Source: Malacoraja senta
Taxonomy: Eukaryota
NCBI GenBank assembly: GCA_038087875.1
Contig: CM075988.1
Coordinates: forward strand, 24,306,001 to 24,370,000
Length of the DNA: 64,000 bases
Direction of reading: 5' to 3'
Shown here in pieces: positions 22,696 to 35,247 of this stretch. Position 1 is the first letter of the stretch, and every line of letters starts with the position of its first letter. The translations under genes were made by a program, and so were the position numbers. The notes below the pieces were generated by a model. It had not been told where the DNA came from, made no database searches, and was given only the letters and a program-made list of their open reading frames with translations.

Positions 22696-25217
22696 GTATG
22701 GTAAGTATAGTAAGACCTGAGTGATCTCCTGGACAAGTGTCGATCGCCTGGATTGGGGTCGGAGAGGAATTTCCCGGATTTTTTTCCCGAATTGGACCTG
22801 GGTTTTTATCCGGTTTTTTGCCTCCCCCAGGAGATCACGCGGTTCTTGGGGTGGAGAGGGGTGATAGCGATATAAAGGGGAGGGTAGTGTCTTGTGTTCT
22901 GTGTCTTGTGTCTACTGTTTGTGGGTAAGGGTGTCTGTTTAGTGTTCAGCCATGAGCGAATGGCGGTGCGGGCTCGATGGGCCTGGTGGTCTACTCTCGC
23001 ACCTACTTTCTATGTTTCTATGTTTCTATGTTAGAACCATCTTCCAACATTATCTCCATCGGTCTTAATTTCCTTAATGTCAAACATTTTATTGTTCTGT
23101 GTTTTGAATGAACACTCGTCTGCTTCACCACAATTTGAATATAGGGTTCTTCCTGATCTATTCTAATTGTAACGCCAGTAGATTATCATAAAATATCGAC
23201 CAGTGCAGCCCACCACTTACCTGGCAGTGTGTTCTGGGCACCTGCCATCCTCTGTGTTAAAAAACCTGCCGTGTTAATCTCCCCCCATCTCACATTCAAG
23301 TCAAGTCAAGTCAACTTTATTTGTCACATACACATACAAGATGTACAGTGAAATGAAAGTGGCAATGCCTGCGGGATTGTGCAAAACAACAGAACAACAG
23401 AACAGAACAGAACCAGTATTTACATTTTTTTTAAAGACACAACAGTAATTACGCCCCGGTGAGATCAGAGTTTACAGTCCTGATGGCCTGTGGGAAGAAA
23501 CTCCGTCTCATCCTCTCTGTTTTCGCAGTGTGACAGCGGAGGCACTTGCCCTCTAGTTTTGATATAACCATCCTGGGAAAAAGATTGTGACGATCTGCCC
23601 TATCTATGCCTCATAATTAATCATATTTCTGTCATGTCACCCCTCAGCCTCCGATGTTCCAAAGAAAAGAATGATTGTCCAACCTCTTCATAGCAAATAC
23701 TGCCTATTCTTGGTGGATTTCCTCTGCACCCTCCCCAAAGTCTCCACTTGAGGTGGCTTTCCTGCCTTTATAGGTGTTTCTATAATGTGGCAATCAGAGA
23801 CCACAGAAAATACTACAGACGTAAACTTAGCAAAGGCCTCAGGCTTTTAGAAAGGAAATTAGTCAAACATATTTCCTCTCATAAATCCATGTTGACTCTG
23901 CTCAATCCTATTATGCTTTCAAGGTGAACTGTTGTTACATTCTTCATTATAGATTCTGTAATTCTGCTGGCATTAATATTGGGCCTGTTGTTTACCTTGT
24001 GGTTGCTGCCATTTGCTTTGATCCACCTGAGCTGGAGGTACATTCTGTCGCAGATTCTCAGATAGTGACGGAGCTAAAACCCAAATCAATGTTGCTTCAT
24101 AGGGTTTAGGAAGAAACTACAGATGTTGGTTCAAATCAAAAAAAGACACAAATTGCTGGAGTAACTCTGAAGAAAAGTAATGGGTGACGCTTCGGGTTGA
24201 GACCCTTCTTCAGATTGTCTTCATATGGTCTTTAAGGTCTCGGCTTTTCTTCCAATTTGTCTCAGCTCAGATCTGACTGTAACTGTCAGTCTAACAGTAA
24301 GATCGAACAGTGGTGAATCTGTGGAATTCATCGCCACAGAAGGATGTGGGGGCCAAGTCAATGTCTATCACAGATTGACAGATTCTTGATTAGTAAGGGT
24401 GTCAGGGGTTATGGGGAGAAGGCAGGAGAATGAGGTTAAGAGGGAAAGATAGATCAGCCATGATTGAATGGCGGAGTAGATGATGGGCCAAATGGCCTAA
24501 TTCTGCTCTTATCACTTATGAACTTTTGAACCTCTGAACCATGGTCATGGCTTTGTGTGTTTGACGATGCTGTAATATAACTCTAAAGCCCCTTATTCTT
24601 AAACTGTGACCCCTGGTTCTGGACTCCCCCAATATGGGGAACGTTTTTCCTGCATCTAGCCTGTCCATTCCCTTAAGAATTTTTTAAGGATTAAAGGTGG
24701 TGCCTGAATTATATTTTCCAAAGCAATTATTCACAGCGTGTGGGTGTGGGGTGTGGGAGAGGTGTTGGTTTTTACTGGGATCATTGGAACAGTAATGGTA
24801 GTACTAAACTATATCTCAATGACCTGCCCTCACATTACTGCGTGCCGCCTCTTTTAATATTGCTGCAGGGACGACATTCTTTGTAAATAAAAACACAATT
24901 TCTCTGTGACAATTTGAAATGCATGCCGTTGCTCCGAGTTTGCAGCTTGCCTGCCTGATGAGATAGGTTCACTGAAAGTTCCAATGTTTGAAGTGCTGAA
25001 TGGAAATCAGAGATGAGGAGAAACATAAAGGGCAGTTTGTGGCAGGATTTATCACACTGTCAAATAGAGTAGAGCAACTTCCATTTCTGATGAGGTCGCC
25101 TTCTTATTATGTCGAAGAAGACTTGATGTATTGGGCAGCAAGTCTGAGAATAGTCCATCTACTTAAATAAGCACCAGCTATAACGTTCTGTTCCATAAAG
25201 GGTGTGACTGCATTGTT

Positions 25218-25250
25218 TATATCTATATATATATATATACACACTCACAC

Positions 25251-25325
<75 letters not shown>

Positions 25326-25670
25326 CACACACACATATGTATACATACACACACACAAACTCATATGTATATATATCTATATATACATACACACACATAC
25401 ACACACATATACGTACACACATACACACACGTCACACACATACAAACACATACATATATATATATGTATATGGATATGTATGTGTATGTGTATGTGTATA
25501 TGTATATATGTATGTATATATATGTGTGTGTGTATATGTATGGGTATATGTATGTATATGTATGTATATGAATATGTATATGTATATGTATGTGTATATA
25601 TATGTATATGTATATGTATATCTATATATATGTGTGTGTGTATATATATATATATAGTGCACACACACAT
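25218..25670. repeat. Compound (TA)n/(CA)n/(TG)n microsatellite
   Basis: Directly visible. Confidence 0.95.
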
Positions 25671-26081
25671 ATGGGTCTTTTAGTAAATACAGCACTCAGT
25701 AGTGAAATTGAAGGTCTCGAAACTTCCAGGTTATTTTCCTGTTTTTTAATGTAATATTCCCATTGTTTCATATCCTGTATTTTAAGTAGTATGGTGTTCA
25801 GCCAAAATAATGATACGAAGCAAAAATAAATAAATCTGTTTTTACAAAGAAAGATATCAGATGTCCCAGTGGTTTCTTGCCTTATTTGTGACATTTTTCA
25901 AGCAGGATTTCATCAAATCTTTAGGCTGATTTATACCAGAACGATTACATTAATTTTGCAATTAAATAACTCTGTATAAGCCAAATTCTGATTATGCTTA
26001 TGATATTTTTATCATTTATCACCCGATTAGATGGTTTTCTGATGTCCCAAGTTTTTGCACCGTGAGCAGTGGTGCCCCTTT

Positions 26082-26250
26082 GGTAGGGTTGCCAACTGTC
26101 CCGTATTAGCCGGGACATCCCGTATTTTGGGCTAAATTGGTTTGTCCCGTACGGGACTACCCTTGACCTGTATTTGACTGCTGCTACTAATCGGGTCGAG
26201 GGGACTGTCGGGTCGGAGCGCCGCGTCCGGCCCCGCCTCACCCGTCCCGA
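26082..26250. mobile_element. One end of a hAT-like DNA transposon
   Basis: TAGGGTTGCCAAC terminus with repeated TCCCGTA subterminal motifs; partner end not found. Confidence 0.45.
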
Positions 26251-27451
26251 CCTGAGGGGTAACTTTTTGACACAAAGGGTGGTGGGTGTACTGAACAAGC
26301 TGCTGGAGTTGAGGCAGGGACTATTAGGCTGTGGGCCGAGCATCAAACATGAGTCTAGAAATCAACTTTCATGACCCTTGTCTCGGAACTACATGACATT
26401 TTGCACAGATTTAAATAAAATATAATTGAGAAGGAAGTCATAACTAGTCAGTGCCAAAAGCTGCACATTAATTAATTAAACTAATTAGAAAATGAGATCG
26501 AAAAAGTAAACGCCATCTAGTGTCCAATGCCCATATTACACCATGGGGAGCCTATTTCCGTGTTGTAGTCTATTTAAACCATCTATTATATATGACTGTA
26601 ATCACATATAATTATGTATAATTATATTATATAAAAATAATATAATTAATATAACTGTGAGTGTTTTTTTTGAATGAGACTGTCGCAGAGGTCCGGCTCC
26701 TGAACCAGCCTAATTAATGGGTGAGGGCAGTTCCTGTGTGTTCCCCCGTTTACTGAACCCCACTGACTGCCAGTGTGCAGAGTGGGGGGTCACGCCCATA
26801 GTGGGACTGGGGCAGTGCCAGGCTGAGGGAAGGCTGAGGCATCTTCCACTGACAGGAAAATGCCTAACCCTTACTCGCCCCCCTTTCAGTTTCATAATCT
26901 TTATCTATTTTCTCTTTCCAAGCACATTTTTATTGTATTTCCAACTGACAATGATGTTTAATTGGTCTATATTCCACAAAACATATTTTATCTCCCTTTT
27001 AAAATGCAGAATAATGTGTGTCTCTGCCAATTCCCTTTTCTAACTAACTATTAAAAATGGGCAATAAAAACTCTGCTTCTCTTTTCTAAAATCTTTCTTT
27101 TAAATGCCTGCTGTAATTACTAGTCTTGGGATTTTACTTTCTTTGAATTTGATGAGTATATTTAATATTCCTTGCTTTATTTTAAATGCAGTATATTATT
27201 TCTAATTTCGTTTTCTAATGTTGTCTTTACCCAATCAGCCTCACTGGTGAAGTTTTGAATTACTGGTACATTTTGAATATTCCTGTCACTTCACACTGTT
27301 CAAGCCTGCGCCCGGCCCATTCACTACTGCTATCTTACAAACACAACATGCCTTTAGCTTCATTCAGCATTTTACCATTTTGTTTTTTTGCTCTATGATA
27401 ATTTGTTTTGGTTTCTTAATTGTTTTTTGAAATCTGTTTCCACTTGCTTGA

Positions 27452-27753
27452 GTTTAGTTTAGTATTTTAGTTTAGAAATACAGCGTGGAAACAGGCCCTT
27501 CAGCCCACTGAGTCCGCGCCGACCAGCAATCCCCGCACATTAAAACTCTCGTCTACACACACTCGGGATAATTATCCCAAGCATATTAGCCTGCAAACTT
27601 GTATGTCTTTGGAGTGCGGGAGAAAATTGGACATCCCGGAGAAAACCCATGGAGGTCCTGGGGAGAACATACAAACTCCGTACAGACAACACCCATAGTC
27701 AGGATCGAACCTGGGTCTCTGGCAGCACCTCTAGCGTTTCCCCACTGTGCCGC
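27452..27753 (-). mobile_element. HE1-type V-SINE
   Basis: Reverse complement of core with (TTTAG)n tail. Confidence 0.8.
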
Positions 27754-28066
27754 CATTTTGTTTTGTTCTGTTTGCTGTTCCCCCCCAGACATCCATTTAG
27801 CATTTGCCCAGTATGAAACCCACAATTTTTTCCTTCTCTTTTTAATCATCCATTGTGTCTCATTAGATTTATTTATGCCTTGGTTTTAAATGGAATATAC
27901 ATTTTTCCAGGGCACTGTCAAACCATAATGTTATTCCTTTTCTATTCTACATCATTGTTTGCAGATGCATTTGTCTGTTTCCATTTAATTTGTTCTCATT
28001 CTTTTCCCATTCACCAATCTGTTCCAGAGCTACCTATGCTTATCTCCTTTTCCATAGTCATGCTAA

Positions 28067-30833
28067 AAGCCCTGTTACACTGTGCGAGTTGACCCACGAG
28101 TGACCCCGAGTGAAAGACTCGTGGTTGCGTACGAGACTACAAGTTTATGATCCAGAGTTTAACCGAGTTCCCACGGGTATGTCTAAGTTTGCCGTTTACT
28201 TCTCATTTCTGCGATGTTCCAAGTTCGTCTCCCGAGTGTACCAAGTTCCTCTCCCGTTAATCTTGAGGCAACAATGTATTTCGACGTGTTGAAAAATCAT
28301 CACTTGTTAAAAAAATGATGTCATGCTTTTTTTTTTACATACTATAAAAAGCCTGCCTTGTTTAAATTGGCTGTTGAATCTCCTGTTGAATCTCCTGTTG
28401 CCTCTCCTCCTCCTCCTCCTGTATGACTATAGCCTCCATGGCAGGTTTTTTGTAAGGCTCTGCTCTTCCCTTTCGTCGAACTTTTCTGGGAGCCATCTCT
28501 AGCAAGCTTCTTATCAAAAAGATTCACCAGCAATGAGGTGAAACGCCCAAGATTGACCCAGGTCACATGCTGATGTTGAAGTCACCTTTTTTTTCCTCTG
28601 TCCAGCTGACGAGTTCAGAGTGCACATGAGAGTCATGTCTGATTGCCTGGGCAGCCTACCAGCTTCCACAGTCTACATCGTACAAAGCATCATATTGTGA
28701 TGCGTCAATGCCTGTTTTGGGAGCAGCTTTGCCCTAGAGCGCAGTATATATTACAGAGACTTGCAAATGTAGTGCAGTCTATTACACAGGCCAGCTTTCC
28801 CCCTATCAACTCAATCTACACTTCGACCTGCTTCGGGAAGCAGCCAACGTACCATTCCTTCCTCTCCTTTCACCCCGTGAGCAGATAATACAAACAGCAT
28901 TTTGTGTCTATCTTCTCATAACTGAAGTCCTGATCTCCTGATATACCCCATTACAGCTCTTGGACAAAAAAACTCGAAACTTTGTTGTGTTGTATCTGCA
29001 CGCTGGTATTTTTTTCTCATTGCGCTAGCTATTTATTGCACTTATGTACAGCTTTATTTCAAAACTCGCAAACATTCAGGTGACAAAATAACCCATCAAT
29101 ACCAATTTATGGGGATCACGAACCCGTTGTCTCCGGGTTCGTGATCATACCAGTAATATTGTGAGATCGACATACTGTTGACACTCGCAATATTACTGGC
29201 ATTATCACTAATCAATTATTACATCTCAGAATTTGTGTAACAATATTTCATGTTCCCCGGGAACATTAGCACTTTAACACTGCACTTTGGGATCTTATTT
29301 GCCATCGGGTAAAAGATTGTGATTATGGTCATGTTAAGAATTAAAAGTCATAAAATCAATGTGTGAAATGTGATTCTTATTTTTCAAAGTCTCTCATAGG
29401 AAACAATGAGCGTATAGAGCCCAGGGAGAGGGGGAGAAAGGGACGTACACTCACAGAGGCAGAGTCTCTCAGCCTGTGTGAGAGGGAGGGAGGGAGAGAG
29501 AGACGCACACACACAAGGTGGATGTGAAATCTCACCTACCTGTTTCAGTGACAGGCACCCGCAGCCAGTGAATGAAGACACCCCCATCTGTCTCCCCCTC
29601 CTCTCCCTCCACTCTCCACCCCCTCTCCTCCACCCCACCCCCCTCCCTCCCCCAATTTGGAAATGTCATCCCATCACCCATTCCTTCTCTCCAGAGATGC
29701 TGCCTGCCCGCTGAGTTAAAGAGTTCCCACTTGCAGCAGCATAACAGGCCAGTAAACACAATACTGTATATATATACTGCGCTCTAGGGCAAACTCATAC
29801 TCATAGATAATATACTAAACAAAGAAAATATATATTAAAAAATCCAGTATTATTGCAAAAATCCCATAGTCCTTAGTGCAACCAAGGCAGTTTGTAGTTC
29901 ATAGTTTAGTTAGCATTTGTAGCGTTCAAGAGCCCGATGGTTGTTGGGAAGAAGCTGTTCTTGAACCTGGAGGTCATGGTTTTCAGATTCTTATACCTTC
30001 TGCTCAGCAGGAATGAAATGAGAGCATGGCCAGGGTAGTGTGGGTCCATGACAATGCTGGCTGCCTTTTTGAGGCAGCACCTCATATAGAACCCTTTGAT
30101 TCAGTAAAGTTCAGTAAAGAGATCGGGAATCTGGCATCATGGCTTGAGAATAAAACCCAGCCTTTAACATCCGCATAATGAAAGAGTTGGTGTTGTCCTA
30201 CGGAACAGGGGTGCAGGAGAGGTGAACACAACCCTGTCTTCTTCAACAGCACTGGTAGAGATGGCTTCTGGACGTGACTGGCAAACCTCAGATTAGGCTG
30301 CCATGAAGTGTCATAAAATGTTCTCACGCTGTTCCTCAATACTGGTTTGTCTTAAGGTTGTGAGCTCAGTCCCAAATACACAAAATCTATATATAAACTT
30401 CAAGCGATTTTTTCTTTTCAACCCACTCTGTCACCTTATCAATAACTTTTACTTTGTTAAGCAGAATTTGTCTTTAAAAAGTCTAAGTAACTGATATTTC
30501 TGTCCCTGATTATTGTTTCTAAAAAGAGTTCCCACGGTAGAATCACGAGTCACAAAGGTAAACGCACGGGCCACTACGTTCTTACATGGAGTTGAAATGT
30601 TTCAAATTTTAACCTCAAGAGTACATTTTACTCGTGGAAAAGTTCAAACATGTTTGAACTTTTTCAAGAGTTAACAAGTTTCACGGGTACCTGCCGTTAG
30701 CGCCACGAGTCGCTAAGTTGCGTCCACGAGTTCCGACGTTCCCGCTACGTTAATTGTACGTGATTACCACGAGTTAAATTTGTTTTAAACTCGGGGTACC
30801 TCGTGGGTCAGCTCGCACAGTGTAACAGGGGTT
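28067..30833. mobile_element. 2.77-kb PIF/Harbinger-type non-autonomous DNA transposon with nested LINE and Penelope fragments
   Basis: 34-bp TIR AAGCCCTGTTACACTGTGCGAGTTGACCCACGAG with 2 mismatches; TSD TAA at 28064-28066 and 30834-30836. Confidence 0.85.
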
Positions 30834-31039
30834 TAAACGATGAAGCATTACTTCCAGTGTTGCTGAGTTTGTTTGATGCTAAGCCGATATTTTGCACCTC
30901 ACATCTGGAACTACACACTTTCAACATCTGAACCCAGTTTGTGGTAGAGTTATAGAGCTTTGAAGTATGGAAACCAACCCCTTGGCACACAAAGTTCAGG
31001 CTGACTGTTGTACCCTTCTTCAGACTTGGACTGCTAAGA

Positions 31040-31580
31040 GTAGTCAGGTTAAGGAGAGATTCTCTTGCACCTCCTCCAACCTCGTGTACTGCATCCGTTG
31101 TTCTCGATGTGGGCCCCTATGTATCGGCGAGACCAAGCGCAGTCCGCCCAGCCCTGCACAATCTCCCAGTTGTCAAACACTTTAACTCCCCCTCCCATTC
31201 CGACACTGACCTTTCTGTCCTGGGCCTCCTCCACTGTCGGAGAGAGACCACACACAAATTGAATGAACAGCAACTCATATTTCGCTTGGGTAGCCGCAGG
31301 AATATTGATTTCTCCAGTTGTCCTACTGGTTCCAACGACCGCAACCCTGTACACCTTCGTTATAATTTCTTCCCCAGCCAACAATGGACCATTGTGGGCT
31401 CCACCCTTCCTTGGTCACCTGTTGCCAGCCCTGATTTGTTCGGGCCTTTTCCTGCCTTCAGTTCTCCCCCCTCTACTTCCAGTCTGGAGAAGGGTCCCGA
31501 CCCGAAACGTCACCCATCCTTTTTCTCCAGAGATGCTGCCTGACCCGCTGAGTTGCTTCCAGCACTTTGTGTCCATCTTG
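31040..31580 (+). mobile_element. Penelope-like element 3' fragment: GIY-YIG endonuclease remnant plus terminal repeat with hammerhead motif
   Basis: RFSCTSSNLVYCIRCSRCGPLCIGETKR, PVVKHFN, EQQLIFRLGS; then CTGGAGAAGGGTCCCGACCCGAAACGTCACCC. Confidence 0.85.
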
Positions 31581-32589
31581 CTAAGAGTAAAATAATTTTT
31601 CAGTACAAGAATGGGGTTTTTCTTTTCTGGTGAAGGAAAATGTGGGCATTTAAGGAGAGCTGCAGGTGATGCTGCAAGCAGCAATACCAGACGACAGACT
31701 TGTTAACTGAATTCTTCATTTCCAGTTGCACAGTAGATGAAGAGGTCAGAGAGTCAGCAGTATAAGAGAATCTAAAAATACCTGAAGGGAAAAAATGTTA
31801 TTAAAGTAACACCTTGAAGGCTAATCTCCGGATCTCATTAGAGCAAAATTAAAGAGGGAAAGCAAATACCAATAACACAGTAATAAACTTCAATAGCTTC
31901 CTCCATTTGGTAATTGTGAATTTGATTAGTAATTGGAAAGCGACATGTTTATCTCTACTTTACTGGTGGCCTGTAAGTTCCAGTTGCATTTAAACATCAT
32001 TCTTAGCCACATCCCAAAGCTTTCCAGCATTGGTGCATGTTTGATTTCAATCCAAAATCTCTTCATGGCCAATAAAGTTTGTAATTTGAGAAATGTACAA
32101 TTGGTTTGTGCAAGGTGAGGCTCCAGTCCATGCCTGATAATGGTAGACACAAAGTTTTGGAGTAACTCAGCGGGCCAGGCAGCATCTCTGGGAACAAGGT
32201 ATTGGTGACGTTTCGGGTTGAGACCCTCTTCAAACTTCATTCTGCCAACGATCACGATAATAACCGGATATTCTGTTTCATTAAAAATGTTTGAGATAAT
32301 GTTGAGGTAATGGTGTAAGAAGGAACTGCAGATGCTGGTTTACGCTGAAGAGAGACACAAAATGCTGGAGTAACTCAGCGGGTCAGCCAGCATCTCTGGA
32401 AACAAGAAGGATGTGGGGCAAACCCAGGCAGGTGGGACGTGTAAATGGAGCATCTTGGTCAGGGTGGGCTAGTTGGGCTGAAGGGCCTGTTTCCATGCTG
32501 TATGACTCTATCACTCTGTAATATTCATCCCAATGGTTTGAAAGGTGATGTTTTGGGTTGAGACCCTTCATCAGACCACCGTCAAGATA

Positions 32590-32750
32590 ATACAATAGCC
32601 ACCTACTGCTCTTTTTCTAAATAGCTATGGGATCCTTGCATTTGCTTGAATGGGGAGGGGGGGGGGGGTGGCATTCGGGATAGGGAACTTGATTTAACAG
32701 CTCACCAAAATGATAAAACTCCAACAGTATATTTCAGTCTCAGATTAAGT
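32590..32750 (-). mobile_element. Ancient DeuSINE Deu-domain-like remnant
   Basis: CCTACTGCTCTT..ATAGCTATGGGATCCTT..ACTTGATTTAACAGCTCACC..AAA..CTCCAACAGT resembles the recalled consensus. Confidence 0.5.
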
Positions 32751-33359
32751 TAATATTCACTTTGATTCATTTTGTGCTTGCTCCAATGCTGGTACTAACA
32801 AACTACTTGTAGCGATGGACATGGTAGTCCATTAATTCACCTCTTTACTGGATATGGCAGATCTTCAGTACTTTGAGCTCCTCGTAGAGGAATGATGAAG
32901 ATGAATTCAACTTCAACACTTGCCCTGGTGAAACTTAATCCAAGACTTTTGTTTATTTGTACAGAAGGTGTATAATATACTTAAAGCTCATCTTCTGAAC
33001 CATTGGGATCAATATTACAGTCATGGGGTCATACAGCATGGAAACAGGCCCTTCAGCCCAACTAGCCCACCCTGACCAAGATGCTCCATTTACACTAGTC
33101 CCACCTGCCTGGGTTTGCCCATATCCTTCTAAACCCTTCCTATCCAAATGTCTTTTAAATATTGTTATTGAACCTGCTCCAACTACCTCCTCAAGTAGCT
33201 CATTCCACCACCCTTTGCGCGAAAGATTTTCCTCTCAGGTTCCTATTAAAATTTTCACCTCTCACCTTGAAGCTACGTCCTCTGGTTCTTCATTCCCCTG
33301 CTCTTGGTAAAATAAAACTCTATGCATTTACCCTATCTATGCACATCAAGCTGATCCCA

Positions 33360-33569
33360 GTGTGTAGGAAGGAACTGCAGATGCTGGTTTAAATCGAAGA
33401 CTGACACAAAATGCTGGAGTAACTCAGCGGGACAGGCAGCATCTCTGGAGAGAAGGAATGGGTGACGTTTCGGATCAGTCTGAAGAAGGGTCTCGACCCG
33501 AAACATCACCCATTCCTTCTCTCCAGAGATGCTGCCTGTCCCGCTGAGTTACTCCAGCATTTTGTGTCT
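33360..33569. mobile_element. Head-to-head inverted Penelope-derived insertion with 12-bp TSD
   Basis: Two inverted arms around a hammerhead core; AAGCTGAT(C/A)CCA at 33348-33359 and 33570-33581. Confidence 0.85.
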
Positions 33570-34185
33570 AAGCTGATACCATTGTCAGTATGAAGGACTG
33601 CATTGGCATTATCTTCAACATTGGTTGTTGGTATTAGGTTTGCCTTTCCATAAGTCGAGAGTTTGGTTTGTTGTTCCAGCAGCATGCTTAGTGCATCTTA
33701 TCTTTCAATGGACAGATTGAAACTGCACTTCATACCCAGTGACAACAAGTGTAGAGACGACGATAGAATTACTGAATAGTTTATGAGCTTTAAGCCCTCT
33801 GGCTGAAATGAAGCCACCCACAAAAGCACCCAATACAATTCTTGTGCAGGTGCCTCGCCGTGAGTTTATATATACTGATATAAGATGCTGGGCACTCCAC
33901 TACATGGACTGACCTTCACTGATACAGATTGACTCCATGCTTGGCAAAACAAAACCTTGAGAGGCTCTGCTGGAATTAACTGGTGGATAAAAGTTGCGGA
34001 ATTTTCTGCCTCTGTCGTTCCGAGGTCAGAACGACATTTTGGTGGGAGGTCTGACCTTGAGGGAAGAACATCGGCTACTTTAGATAACACGGGTGTCTCT
34101 TGCCCTGCGAGCGTGTGCCAGTTGTTCTGCCTCTCAGCATCACAGAGATTAAATTCTCACTCGTGAAATCAGGGGGGGGGGGGGG

Positions 34186-34970
34186 GGCGGCACGGTGGCG
34201 CAGCGGTAGAGTTGCTGCCGTACAGCGACAGAGACCTGGGTTCGATCCTGTCCGCGGGTGTTGTCTGTATGGAGTCAGCATGTTCTCCCTGTGACCACGT
34301 GGGTTTCTTCTGGGTGCTCTGGTTACCTCCCACATTACATAATAGCTTATCAGCTGAAAGCCCTCGGGCAGAAATGAAGCGACCGGCAGAAGCACGGTCG
34401 ATGAGAGCGTGGGGGGCGCGCTGTGAAGAGGGGGGGGGGGAGCAAAAGGAGGAACCAGTGTGCTTTGTAACTTTGTCAGCGCTGTATGTGGCCGCTATTT
34501 GTATACATTTGGTGTGCAAGCAAAGAATCTCACGGTGCCTAGTCACATTAGACAATAAAGTATTCCATTTCATTCCATTCCAAAGACGTGCAGGTTTGTA
34601 GGTTATAGAGTCATAGAGTGATACAGAGTAGAACCAGACCCTTCGGCCCAAATTGCCCACACCAGCCAACATGCCCCATGTACACTAGTCCCACCTGCCT
34701 GCGTTTGGTCCATATCACTCCAAACCTGTCCTGTCCATATACCTGTCTAACTGTTTCTTAAACGTTGGGATAGTCCCTGCCTCAACTACCTCTTCTGGCA
34801 ACTTGTTCCATACACCCACCACCACCCTTTGTGGTTAATTGGCTTCCGTAAAACTTATCCCCAGTGTGTGTGTGTAGGATAGTGTTAGTGCACTGGGTGA
34901 CCGCTGGTCAGCGCGGACACGGCGGGCCGAAGGGCCTGTTTCCGTGCTGTATCTCTAAAGTCCAAAGTCT
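34186..34970 (+). mobile_element. HE1-type SINE interrupted by a Rex-tailed element (~34337-34577) and an antisense CR1 tail (~34604-34832)
   Basis: SINE sequence resumes collinearly after each insert. Confidence 0.75.
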
Positions 34971-35247
34971 ACATTTTAAGGGGAGACACACAGCTCCAAG
35001 TCGCAGGTAATCGGCTCTTCGAGAGAGACTCTATTTACGGAAACACCGCTTCTGTGTTAGAAACAGCCACTGTCTAAATTCAGTGCCATTGATGTCAGGG
35101 AATCAGATAAATTATTGTTATCAGGGAGGAGGGTGGTTTGCTGTCTGCTTGTACAACATTTGCTTTGTCGAGAGCGTCATTTTGTCCTGACAGTGATTCA
35201 TTGAGGGTGGTTTGGATATTTTTAATGTTCTTTTGATATCCATGCAG

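Larger units (their letters stand above)
18506..23030 (+). mobile_element. Full-length, young CR1-clade LINE
   Basis: 5' UTR, ORF1, ORF2, 3' UTR and (TTTCTATG)3 tail; inserted into an older antisense CR1 tail with a possible short AGAA duplication. Confidence 0.95.

Noticed and set aside
25159..25695. Long ORFs rich in Y/I/H/T/C/V (also 60477-61597)
   Set aside because: They are translations of dinucleotide microsatellites
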